A stretch of 64,000 bases of DNA from NCBI GenBank assembly GCA_043228905.1, contig JBHGNT010000020.1, positions 9,300,001-9,364,000 on the forward strand, read 5' to 3'. Origin of the DNA: Azolla caroliniana. Lineage: Eukaryota > Plantae > Polypodiophyta. Below, piece by piece: positions 1-11,197 of this stretch (the stretch's first letter is position 1; each line of letters begins with the position of its first letter). The notes beneath the pieces were generated by a model that was not told the origin of the DNA, searched no databases, and saw only the letters and a list, made by a program, of their open reading frames with translations. A program made the translations under genes and the position numbers.

Positions 1-1106
1 ATTTTCCATAAAAAATATGCTCCATTGGTATTAAAATTAACAATGCCAAAGGCAATCTACAAATTGTACATAATAGTTTCCACTCCATAAGTATATATTA
101 AACATATCGTTATATTAAATAGCCACAAATGATGTGATCGAGATACGTAATCGAGGTATATACCTCTACGCACACGAAACATCCACAAATAAGAGATCAT
201 CGTAATACGCAATTGAGGTATTGACCTCTTACGCATACGAGACCAACCGCATATCGTTTACAACAAATCAACAACTCATACACAAACGTAACATATGTTC
301 GTGAACGTAATACGTAATTGAGGTATTAACCTCGTACGCATACGACACTCATCACATATTATTAATATGTCAAACGAGGTATTGACCTCGTGCACATATG
401 TAAACGTTTTAGATAATCAATTAAAGATCACTACAACATCATTGACTTAATGAAAAAAAATAACATATAAACTAAACACATGATTAGATGGGAGAAGAGA
501 GAATAGAAAAAAAATAAAATTATGGAAAGAGTTATCGAAGTTCTTTGTTGATCGTTGTCTGGATCAAGGCCGACCGCACAACGATCGATCAACATCAATC
601 AAAAGACAAATGAAAAACAAAGAAACATTAGTACATAAATCTGATACCAAATATTATAGATCTAAGTACTAAAGTAAGCTTAAGATAAGGATAAAGTAAT
701 GATAGATAGAAAGGAGAAAGAGAAAGAAGGGTGCCGATCCACCCGACCACCCCCGAGCGAAGGGATCGAGACGGACTCGAGCCTCGATCGGCGTCCCATA
801 CCACCGCCGTGGCGTCGAGTCATACCTGGTGCTAGCGCGCTCGCTACAAGAGTTGACCCACCACAAGAGCAGAGTTTCGATGTAGTCAAAAGATGATCAA
901 ATGAGGGTAGCTAGGCCTCTTATTTATAGCGATACCCAAGGCCCCCAGGCAAGTTCACACTTGACCTAATGGGTTGTCTCAATCCCGAGGATTAAAAGTA
1001 ATCCTCCCCTTCTTTACACTCTCGTTTAACCCTCACACTTATCCACGTGTATAGAATACTACGGTAAATTCTCACCACGGGATATTATATGGTCATGCCC
1101 GTAACA
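1..1106 (-). mobile_element. 5' end of an LTR retrotransposon (LTR ~652-1106, tRNA-Met PBS 640-649, AT-rich leader running off the window start)
   Basis: TCTGATACCA at 640-649 reads TGGTATCAGA on the minus strand. The adjacent block is bounded by tattat.../...gtaaca (degenerate TG..CA). A minus-strand TATA box (ctataaata) lies at ~921-929. Confidence 0.65.
144..390. repeat. Four dispersed copies of a GAGGT-N4-ACCTC hairpin motif
   Basis: Consensus cgtaatacg(c/t)aattGAGGTatt(g/a)ACCTC(t/g)tacgcatacga at ~144, ~201 and ~306, with the core only at ~374. Confidence 0.75.
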
Positions 1107-1810
1107 GTGGATTATTTTGAACATTTATGTGTACCTCCTAGAAGTTTCTCCCCATCAAATCATTATAACAATATGTTACATAATATTGGAGTTATGAGAC
1201 AACAACAAGATTATTAGACACAGTTTCAATGATCACAAGAACCTAACAATATTTCTAGAATATTGAAGTCTGGAGTGAACAACAAGATCATTGGGTATGG
1301 TTCTTATGAATTTTGATTTCATGATCGTGTATCGGCCAAGAAGACAATAAGGAAAACCTGTAAAGAATTGAGTGTGATTGTATGCATCGGAATAAATTAA
1401 GGATGTGTGTTATGTGTGTATGTGGAAGAGGAGAGAAGACAGACACAATATAGATAGATAGGAAAATGAAGTACTCAAGATGGATGTATGTATTAACAAG
1501 AAGTGGACAACAATTACAACGATATGAGCATTAGAAAGGAGATTAATTGACCCTTTACAAAGTAGGAGGAGGGTGCTTTATATGTATAAGGTCACCCTCT
1601 CCCTATACTCTCTCACTAAAACGCCCACTCTCTCTCTAGAACCTTGGGGAATGTGGAGACTCATTAGCTATGGGAAATATGAAACTCATTAGTTATGTGT
1701 CATAGAATATGATTCTATGGTCCACATAGTTACTGTGTAGAAAGTAGTGGGGACATTTGACCTTTGAGTGCTCATAGATTCTCAAAAGGTGTGTTGTATT
1801 GCCTTTGGGC

Positions 1811-1901
1811 GCATGATGCAAGGCAATACAACACGTGACTCGCCTTGCAACTCATAGATTCTCAAAAGGTGAGTCACGTGTTGTATTGCCTTGTATCATG
1901 C
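1811..1901. repeat. 36-bp inverted repeat with 19-nt loop
   Basis: 1811-1846 is the reverse complement of 1866-1901 with 2 transition mismatches. ctcatagattctcaaaaggt is also directly repeated at 1771 and 1851. Confidence 0.85.
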
Positions 1902-1944
1902 GTTCATGATCACATGCTCGGCTACATTCAAGAGGCCAAAACGC

Positions 1945-2949
1945 TGTCGTGAAAATCCGTCACTATGTGCGGATCGCGAGGCGGAACCGCCGGGGTTCTG
2001 GACTAGAAGGATTTAGTGCAACACGTACAACACAAGAAAAATTCACATATAAGATAAGTAGATGAGAGGAAACATTCATTTATTGCAAAAGAAATCGATT
2101 CTTTATAAACTTAGAATCATGTTATAATGGATTGGATATGAAAATAAAAGATCATTCTTAAAAAAAGAAAGGAGCCAATGGCCATGTAAGGAATGGTCCG
2201 ATATGAATAAGAGAGATTATTCTTGAAAGGAAGGAGCCAATGACCATGTAAGGAGTGGGCCAATATGAATATGAGAGATAATTTTTGACAAGGAAGATTG
2301 AGCAAGCCAAGCCAAGAGTTTGATGTCAATCTGAGAGATAATTTGATTTGGAATCCTCGAGAGAAGAAGAAGGAAGGAAAACAAAAGAAGAGAGAAAAAA
2401 ATGGGACATATATTGAGCTCTTTGTTGATCCCCCTTCCCAATGTTACTTTGCATGTCCACTTTTAGTTGCATGGCCTCTATTTTTAGTTGCATGCCTTTT
2501 ACTTTTAGTTGCATGGCCTTGGTTGTTAGTTGCATGCGATTGTCCGTATAATTCGGCCAAATGACCCAATCATCCATAAAGTTTAGCCCGTGCGCAATCC
2601 GTATGTGCGTCGCAACCGAACCGTAGACGCATCCGTGCACAAAAGTCCCGACCGCGTAGTGTACGCATCCACGCATGCGCACGTCCCTACCGCGCTGTGT
2701 ACGCATCCGCGCGTCCGTCCGAAACATCCACGCGTATGCTCGAAACTTGCACATGCGCGTACATCTGAAGACGTCCATGCGCGGAAAACGTCCACGTGGC
2801 CATGCACACACGCGTCTGTCCAAAACGTCCACGCGTACGCCCGAAACTTGCACACGCACGTACATCCGAAGACATCCATGCGCGCGTATGTTTGAAAACG
2901 TCCACGCGGCCATGCACATGCGCGTACACCCAAAGCGTTAAACACGACA
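1945..2949 (-). mobile_element. Probable LTR related to the tRNA-Trp-primed family, with internal tandem repeats
   Basis: Starts tgtcgtgaaaatccg and ends cacgaca. Shares the ggcgg(a/g)acc...ggactag block with the LTRs at 9935 and 26487. Contains ttttagttgcatg repeats (~2450-2535) and CpG-rich repeats (~2590-2940). Confidence 0.55.
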
Positions 2950-4839
2950 TTGTGCTTGATATGCACCACCAACTTAGAAAATATATGGTTTGTTGACTCG
3001 GGTGCATCCCAATCACATGACGTCTCATAAAGATTGGTTTCGACCTCAAATTCCGATAATAATGTTCATGATGCGACATAGAGCAAATTCGATGACGGCA
3101 TTGTGCTCGATATGCACCACCAACTTAGAAAATGTATGGTTTGTTGACTCGGGTGCATCCAATCACATGACGTCTCATAAAGATTGGTTTCGAGAGATAC
3201 GAAAGCCCAAATGACCTGGCTATGTGGAAACTAGGGATGACACAATTCACCGCATCAACATGTCGGTAATGTCCCATTCGGTGAAGAGGGCAACCAAACC
3301 TATATCAAGAACGTCTTGCATGTTCCAACAATAATGAAGAACTTGGTCTCGGTTGGCCAAATTGTGGAACAAGGCATGCAACTTCGGTTCAATGAAGGAG
3401 GATGCTTAATTGAAAAGGAATGCCAAATTATCGCTCGCGGTCGAAAAGAAGGTGAGATGTTCATCCTCTATTCTCATGAGATGAAATCAACAATGTTTGT
3501 CAGGGCCATAACGCCAACACCGACATAGAACTATGGCACAAAAGAATCGGCCACATCAATCTCCAGAAGCTCAAAGAAATGCAGGCGAAAGGAGTCGTCA
3601 TCGGACTCTCGTCTTTTACTGAGAAGGAGATTACAAGTGTATGCAAAGCCTACCAATTCGGCAAACAACATCGACAACCGGTCCCGAAAGAGAGGAACGT
3701 GAGCAAAGGGATCCTAGATGTAATACATTCAGATGTATGGGGACCAGCCCAAACGACAACATTTGGTGGTGGATGGTATTATGTGACATTCATCGATGAC
3801 TTCTCCAAGCAGACCTGGATATTCCGTTTGCGGCAAAAGAGTAAGTTTTCTCACACTTCCAAAGATTCAAAAACAAAGTTGAAAAGGCAACCAAATGTCA
3901 TGTACAATGCCTTCGATCGGATGGAAACAAAGAGTACTTCTTTGACGCCTTCACAACATACCTTTGACAAGAAGGAATTCAGTGGGAGTTTACTTGTTGA
4001 CACACACCTCAGCAAAACGGAGTGGCCAAAAGGAAAAATCGGCACATATTGGAGGTGACAAGGCCAATGATGAATGAGAAAAATTTGCCGAAATCATATT
4101 GGGTTGAAGCGGCAAACACGGCTGTCTATCTAATGAACCAGTGCACAACATCTAGCATGCACAATGTTGTCAGAAAACAGGTCACTCTGGATAGGAAGGA
4201 GGATGAGGTGGATCAATTGGATCCAATGGAGATGCGAGACTGGATCCAAATCTGGATGGGATTCGGAGATGCATCCGAATTGGTTCCGGAGAGGCATACA
4301 TAAAAGGCCAAATTTGTAAATAGGTTTTTTGTCGCGCCTATTCAGGCCATAATTGTAAATAGCCCTAAAAGGTGTATTAGTATAAATACACCTAGGGGCA
4401 GGTCATGATAAGTTGTTGTTGGTAGTTGCCTCGGTAACTAAGTGTGTAGGAGAGTGAGAGAGAGTTATAACTCTGTTGTAACCGTTGTCTGATGAAGAGG
4501 AGTTCAAGGTTGTTGCCTTAGAGTCTCTTGTGTATATACCTCCTACCATAGTGATATAGTTCAGCGTTTGTGGACTCCCGTAGTTTTTCCCATTTCCGAG
4601 TTTTCCACGTAAAATACTTGTGTCTCTGTACTTGTGTTTTTTTTGCACCCGCATACGCATTGGTGAGATCCGATTGTAGTTGGTTGCATATCCTTTTCAA
4701 ATGTTACCCCCCACGAGAAGTTCCATGGAAAGAAGTTGGACCTATCCTACCTAAGGATATTTGGCTCTATTGTAGTCATACATATTCTTGATGAAAAGCG
4801 GCAAAAGCTCAATCCAAAATCGGAGAAGTGTATCCTCAT
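2950..4839 (+). mobile_element. Decayed Ty1/copia element A (protease, GAG-pre-integrase, integrase), resuming at 11203-~11245
   Basis: WFVDSGASNHMT, LWHKRIGH, VIHSDVWGP..YYVTFIDDFS and PKSEKCIL motifs with frameshifts. The frame continues as GYSLEQKGYK after the insertion of element B. Confidence 0.9.
4168..4699 (+). mobile_element. Solo LTR (532 bp) inserted in the copia A integrase
   Basis: TG...CA ends, perfect 5-bp TSD AATGT (4163-4167 and 4700-4704), TATA (tataaata ~4381). Resembles the LTRs at 14978 and 22392. Confidence 0.9.
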
Positions 4840-5217
4840 TGTAGAAAGTAGCGTGCGGAAGCAGGTATGAAGACGGAACAAAAGGAAGGAAACTTAGGTT
4901 CAATGGAGAGCTTGAGCTTACGCAGTATACGCGGGAGAGACAGAGAGAGTGAGAGAGAACACAAGAACTATATTCAACAATAATACTCAGTCTATACATA
5001 AGACGTGCTCAGTGAACACTTTTATACAAGTCCTAGAAGGATTGACCGAAGTACTGACAGTACTTCAATGCTCATCAAGATCTCCTACACTAACTCCCAA
5101 ATATATTCCTCACAGAATATCTTTCCTAACGACCTCCCGGTTTACGTACTCGGCCTAACCGATCCGGTCCTCGGCTTCTTCAGCCGATCCAGCCGATGTT
5201 GAGCTTGTCTCTCAACA
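4840..5217 (-). repeat. 3' LTR of copia B
   Basis: Direct repeat of 10820-11197, TG...CA ends, adjacent to the PPT. Confidence 0.95.
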
Positions 5218-5376
5218 CTCCCCCTCAAGCTCAACTCGAGGCTCTTTGGGATCCTCGGGCTCACAGCTCCGGTTCCTCCTGGCTTCATGCCTCGCTCGCG
5301 CTCCTCGACCTGTTCGACTCCGCGCGCTTCGACCATTCCGGTCGGCTTGTCTGCTCATGCGGCCCTTATCAGCTCT

Positions 5377-8300
5377 TCAGTTGTTGCGGTGTTGACGCTT
5401 CTCCCGCTGCCTTTTCTTCCGCTTGGGCCTCGGTTGATTCAGCGTATCTGAATCAACCATCTGAACCGACTCGGCTACCTCCAATCGGTTTTCGCTCTCG
5501 TCCGAGTTGGCTGTCTCCAACTCGTCTTCGGTCTTCTCGCCCTCGATGGCGTCATCTTCCCCATGCGTGGTTGGCTTCGGCTCTCTCCTTCGGTTGCTCC
5601 CCTTCTGTCCGCTTCCGAACTTTTCCGCGGGTCCGCCCTCGACTTCTTCAGCCGATCCGAAGTCGAACTCAACAACCGAGTCAACAAACTCGGTGTCGCG
5701 GTCTCCGCTCCTTTCCTGCTGCATTGCTTGGTCGTTCGGGACTGTTCTCCCCCTCAAGTTCGGCTCGTCAAGGTGACGCAATCCGAGCGCACTTGAGAAT
5801 TGCCGCAACTTGTCCAGACCAAGAGGCTTGGTGAAGATGTCGGCAGCCTGCCGATCCGTCGGAACGTACTGAAGTTTGACTTCACCGGAAAGGACACGCT
5901 CACGGACGAAATGGTAATGCACCTCAATGTGCTTGGTCCGTGCGTGGAAAATGGGGTTTTTCGCGAGCTGGATGCTGCTGAGGTTGTCGCAGTAGATCGG
6001 CGTCGGATCTGACACCTCCTCTTGCAGGTCCTTAAGTAGCCGCTTCAACCATATGGCTTCGCATGTCACGACAACCGCTCCTCGGTACTCAGCTTCGGTG
6101 CTCGACAGTGCAACTGTCGAGGGAGAACGCATATCCGGACGTGGATCGGCGATTGGCGGCGTTGCTAGCCCAATCAGCATCGGTGTAGCTGACTAATTGC
6201 TCGGCTGCACCGGTTCGATATAGCAGTCCACGGTCCTTAGTGCCGCTTACGTACCGCAGTACGCGTTGCGCACACTGAAGGTGCTCCTCGGTAGGTCGCG
6301 CCATGAACTGACTGATCACCCCGACCGGATAACTGAGGTCGGGTCGGGTTATGGTCAAGTATATGAGGCTTCTGACAATTTGTCGGAACCTCGTCGGGTC
6401 GCATACCTTTCCCATATCGGGACGAAGCTTGACGGTTCTGTCCAGAGGAGTCGAGACGGACTTACAGTCGACCATCCCGAATTTGAAGATCATACTCAGC
6501 ACGTAGTGACGTTGGCTGATCAATATGCCTTTGGGGGTACGGATCACTTCGATCCCGAGGAAGTAATGAAGGTCCCCCAGATCCTTCATGTCGAACGATG
6601 CCGCAAGCTGGAGCTTCACGCGGTCGATTTCACCTAGGTCGGCGCCGGTGATGACCAAGTCATCAACATATAGTAAAATACTAACCGGTCCGAGTCGACC
6701 ATTTCAGATGAACAGGGAAGAGTCCGCTTTTGATGCGACGAAGCTCATCCGACGCAGTTGTTGCATGATCTTCGCGTTCCAGGCACGCGGGGCTTGCTTT
6801 AGTCCGTAAAGGGACTTCTTTAGTCGGCATACTGCCGAGGAGTTCGTTCCAGAGTGAAATCCGGCAGGCTGTACCATGTACACCTGTTCCTCAAGGTCAC
6901 ATTGCAGGAACACATTCTTTACATCCATTTGATGTAGGTGCCACCCCTTCGCCGCAGCTACTGCGAGCAAAACACGGACGGTCGTCATTTTCGCGACCGA
7001 CGCAAAAGTCTCATCGTAGTCGATGTCGTGTTTCTACGCGTAGCCCTTTGCCACTAGCCGAGCCTTGTACCGGTTGACCGAGCCATCGGTGTTGTACTTG
7101 AACTTGTACACGCACCTACACCCGATCGGTTTTACCCCTGTTGGTGTGTCAACCAGGTCCCAGGTCTCGTTCTCCGCTAATGCGTGCATCTCTTCCTCCA
7201 TCGCGGCACGCCAATTCGCGCCTTTAGCCGCTTCTGCGTAGCTCTCCGGCTCACGCACTTCCGCTACACGGGTCATGTACGCATAATGATGCGCCATGTA
7301 CTCGTTGTATCCGAACCGCAAGACAGGGTTCTTCTGGCGGGTAGACCGGCGTAATCTCACATTAGCCGATGTCGAGGCCTTCTCGGTCGACGCGGTCTTC
7401 ACCTTTAAAGAACCGTCACCGGTTCCCTCGGAGTCGGACTCGCGTCGGTCTGACTCGTTCCTATCCGTGCCGGAATCCGACACCTTCCCTTTCTCTTTGC
7501 GCGTAAGCCGTCTCCTCAGCTTCTTGCGCGGGGAATGCACGGCCGAGTCTCCACTACTCGCCGGCTCTTCATCGGACTGGTCGTACCGACTCAGTCGTCC
7601 AATTGGTCCACTTAACCGGAGTGAAATCGGACTCTCTTCGTGGGTCTCGATTTCGGGCTCATCCGGAGCCATCTCGGCCTCGCTGACCTCATCGTCAGAG
7701 CTCGGATTGGAGTCGAGGTTCGTAGTCGGGGGCAGGTACCAGAACACGGACTCGTCAAACACAACGTCGTGGCTGAGAAGCGCTTGTTTGGTGCGAGGGT
7801 TATAACACTTATAACCCTTCTGCTCGTCCGAGTAACCGACCAAGATGCATTTCTTGGCCTTTGCGTCCAGCTTCCTCCTTTTCTCCTTCTGTACATGCAC
7901 ATACGCAATGCTACCGAACACCCTCAAGTGTCGCAAGTTCGGCTTCGTTCCGAAATATAGCTCGTGCGCCGACACTTTGTCTCCGATCCGGTTCTGGATG
8001 TATACCGCGGTCCTTACCGCCTCGGCCCAGTAGAACTTGGGCAAGCTCTTCTCCTCCAGCATTGCCCATGCCGCTTCCACAATAGACCGATTCTTCCTCT
8101 CGGCCACGCCGTTCTGCTTCGGCGTGTATCTACAACTGAATTCGCGCCGAATTCCCATTTGTTGTAGATAACCGTTGAATTAACCAGAAAAGTACTCTTT
8201 CCCGCCATCCGACCGCAGGCACTTGATCTTTCGTCCCGTTTCCTTTTCCACGAACCCTTTGAGGTCCCGAAAACAGTCGAAGACTTCACTCTTACTCTCA

Positions 8301-10064
8301 ATGAGGTAGATCCACGTGTGCCGCGTGTGGTCGTCGATGAAGGAGACGAAATATCGGCTCCCGCCAAGACTAACGTTTTGTGCCGGCCCCCATACATCGG
8401 AGTGTATAAGGTCGAGCTTGTTTCGGCTGCGGTTTTGCTCGTTGGGGAAGGGAAGTCAGTGTTGCTTCCCGAGCTGGCAGGCTTCACAAATTTGTGCCTT
8501 TCGGTCACTAAATTTGGGCAATCCGAACACTACCTGTTGCGATTGTAGATCTTGAAGCCGCTGGTAGTTGACGTGGCCTATCCGCTTGTGCCACAAGTCG
8601 ATGTCCGACTCGGTCTTTTGTCCCTTTGCGAACATTTCGGTGCCACCATCGGTGGAGTCGAGGATGAACATCCTCTCGTCTCTACGCCCTTGCGCAATCA
8701 CACAGCCTTCTTCCTCAATGAAGCACCCGAGGTGTGTAAACCGAACCTCCATCCCTTGGTCGACGATCTAACCGACCGAGACCAAGTTTTTCGTGATTGT
8801 CGGGACGTGCAACACGTTCAAGAGTTTCCGTTTTTGCCCGACATGGCTAAGGGGAACTTCTCCGACATTCGCGATCAGATGCGGAGTGTCGTCTCCAGTT
8901 GCGACTACTCCAGGTTGTATCGGTTTTTCAAGGTACGAGAACCACTCCTTATGGCTCGTCATGTGGTTTGACGCGCCGGAGTCTACATACCACACCTTGT
9001 CCGATCTTGGGGTGCTTTGTTTCATTGAGTTTGCATCGTGTCTCGTCACGAAGACAAACCCTTCGCTGGCTCTCCCGGAGTCTTCGGCGTAGTGCGATCG
9101 TTGCCGATTTCCCTTGTCGGTATGTCCAGAACCGGTTCTCTCCGAATCGGCGCGCTTCTTCCAGCACTCACTTTCCCTGTGGCCTTTCTTGCCACAGTAG
9201 CAGCACTCTGCGATGGCCTTCCCTTGCCGGTACTCATCGCTTCGACTCCCCCTGTTTCCGGAGGGTCCGGAGTTGCTGTTGGCATCACTTCGGTGCCTTC
9301 TTCCTTGATCTCGTCGGCCGCCTCCATTGCGCCCCGACTCGCCTCGTCCTCCACGTCCATGGGGCCTATCTCCCTCCGTGTACAACATTCTGTTGTCGGT
9401 GTGCGTGCTTGTAGACGCACCTGCGTGGTTCTCCTTTACCAGGAGCATCGACTGTAAGTCGAAAAAGGACAGCGTATTCTCCCGGGTACACACAGCCGTT
9501 CGGAACGCTCCGAACTTCGACGCCAAACCTCCGAGACAGATCTGGACCATCTCGCTCTCCTCGATGTTCACCTCTATGGAGGCGAGGGAGTCGCAAATAT
9601 CCTTGATCTTCGAGGTATAGTCCGCCACCGACATGTCGCGTTGTCGTAGGTTGCTCAACTCCTGTCGGAGCTGAAGCTTCCTGGGTGTGGTGCTCACGGC
9701 GAAAATCTTCTTCAGATTTTCCCACGCACCCTTTGGCGTCTTTGCATCCCGAACATAGCTCAATAGTTGTTCGCCCACAAACGACGCGAAGCAGTACAAT
9801 ACCCTGCTCGCCGATTGCTCCCACGATGGGAAGTCTTTGTGTGTCGATTCAGGTGCCGCGTCATTAGCTCCTTCAACATAACTCCAGTAGCCGTGCCCGA
9901 GCAGGTACTGGTGCATCTTGTAGGACCAAGACGTTGTCGCGTTGTTACGCGCGTGCGAGGAGAAAGGCGGGACCACGGGGGTCTTGGACTAGAGAGTGAT
10001 GGAGTGTAGGGAGTCGTGCTTCACTATTTCTGGGGCATCCCAGAAACACATCGGAAGCAACCGA

Positions 10065-10100
<36 letters not shown>

Positions 10101-10747
10101 CTTAACACCGACTCACGCACACACTGCTCAACCCGACTCACGCCTTATGTACAGAAAACGCAAGAGAGGGTAAGCACCCGACGGCAACAATGACGCGAAT
10201 ATACATAGACAAACGTAAACGTATATGTATGTATATATATGAAGAATACATTCCCGGCTTCGAGACGGACTGAGGTAGGTTACAGTAGTCGTCTGCTGCC
10301 AAGCCGCCGTCGGGGAGCTCTCAGCTCGTTGCGCCGAGCGGGGTCTTGCACAGGAGGCCTAACCAAAGCAAACCCTAAGCAAAACATGAAGGGGAGAGAA
10401 GAAGAACCTAACTCTAAACCTAACGGTATACCCTCTAATGCAAAATGGGCAACCCCTTCACAAAGGCCGCTCCCTTCCTTTTATAGAACAAGGAGAGGGA
10501 CGCGTTACAATGTGGGATATATCCCGACTTACATGGGATCGTCTGTCCCGACTTGACTACTCGTCGGCGTCATAAAGGTGCCCTCGATATTCACACTAAA
10601 TGTACAAGGGTGTGTACACACGCTGCACCCCGTCGAGGTAGCCAATGTTTCCCGGTTTCCGCCTCTGGCCGAAATTCTTCACGACAATGCGTAGTTGGTT
10701 CTGTCGAGCTTCTCTGTTGGAAGCGAGCTCGCCATGCCCCTATCCAT
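5377..10747 (-). pseudogene. Copia B gag-pol polyprotein (several stops and frameshifts; gag interrupted by a solo LTR)
   Basis: MDRGMASSLPTEKLDR start, CCYCGKKGHRESEC zinc knuckle, WYVDSGASNHMT protease, QNGVAERKNR integrase, HQMDVKNVFL / YVDDL RT, and YCDNLSSIQLAKNPIFHARTKHIEVHYHF RNase H. Confidence 0.93.
9935..10686 (-). mobile_element. Solo LTR (752 bp) of the tRNA-Trp-primed family inserted in copia B gag
   Basis: tgtcgc...ttcacgaca ends. It splits the gag motif NYA-SWSYK. The flanks ACGT/ATGC fit a CpG-decayed 4-bp TSD. Shares ggcgggaccac..ggtcttggactag with the LTR at 26487. Confidence 0.85.
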
Positions 10748-10819
10748 CGTTCTTCTCGTTCTTCTTCGTCAAACTGTGTCGGCTGCAGAGAGGTTCTCAA
10801 CCCTCGCGCTTTGATACCA

Positions 10820-11197
10820 TGTAGAAAGTAGCGTGCGGAAGCAGGTATGAAGACGGAACAGAAGGAAGGAAACTCAGGTTCAATGGAGAGCTTGAGCTTA
10901 CGCAGTATACGCGGGAGAGACAGAGAGAGTGAGAGAGAACACAAGAACTATATTCAACAATAATACTCAGTCTATACATAAGACGTGCTCAGTGAACACT
11001 TTTATACAAGTCCTAGAAGGACTGACCGAAGTACTGACAGAACTTCAATGCTCATCAAGAGCTCCTACACTAACTCCCAAATATATTCCTCACAGAATAT
11101 CTTTCCTAACGACCTCCCGGTTTACGTACTCGGCCTAACCGATCCGGTCCTCGGCTTCTTCAGCCGATCCGGCCGATGTTGAGCTTGTCTCTCAACA
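10820..11197 (-). repeat. 5' LTR of copia B
   Basis: Direct repeat of 4840-5217, adjacent to the tRNA-Met PBS. Confidence 0.95.

Larger units (their letters stand above)
4840..11197 (-). mobile_element. Full-length Ty1/copia retrotransposon B (inactivated)
   Basis: LTRs at 4840-5217 and 10820-11197 (378 bp, 6 differences counted by eye), TSD CTCAT, PBS TGGTATCAAAGC at 10808-10819, PPT at 5218-5231, and gag-PR-IN-RT-RH domain order. Confidence 0.97.

Noticed and set aside
1107-1770. Possible additional LTR
   Set aside because: The composition is LTR-like, but no TG..CA pair, TSD, PBS or second copy could be established.
2326-3079. Several overlapping 90-200 aa ORFs rich in R/C/A/H/V
   Set aside because: They arise from CpG-rich tandem repeats in an LTR-like block that is open in many frames, and show no protein motif.
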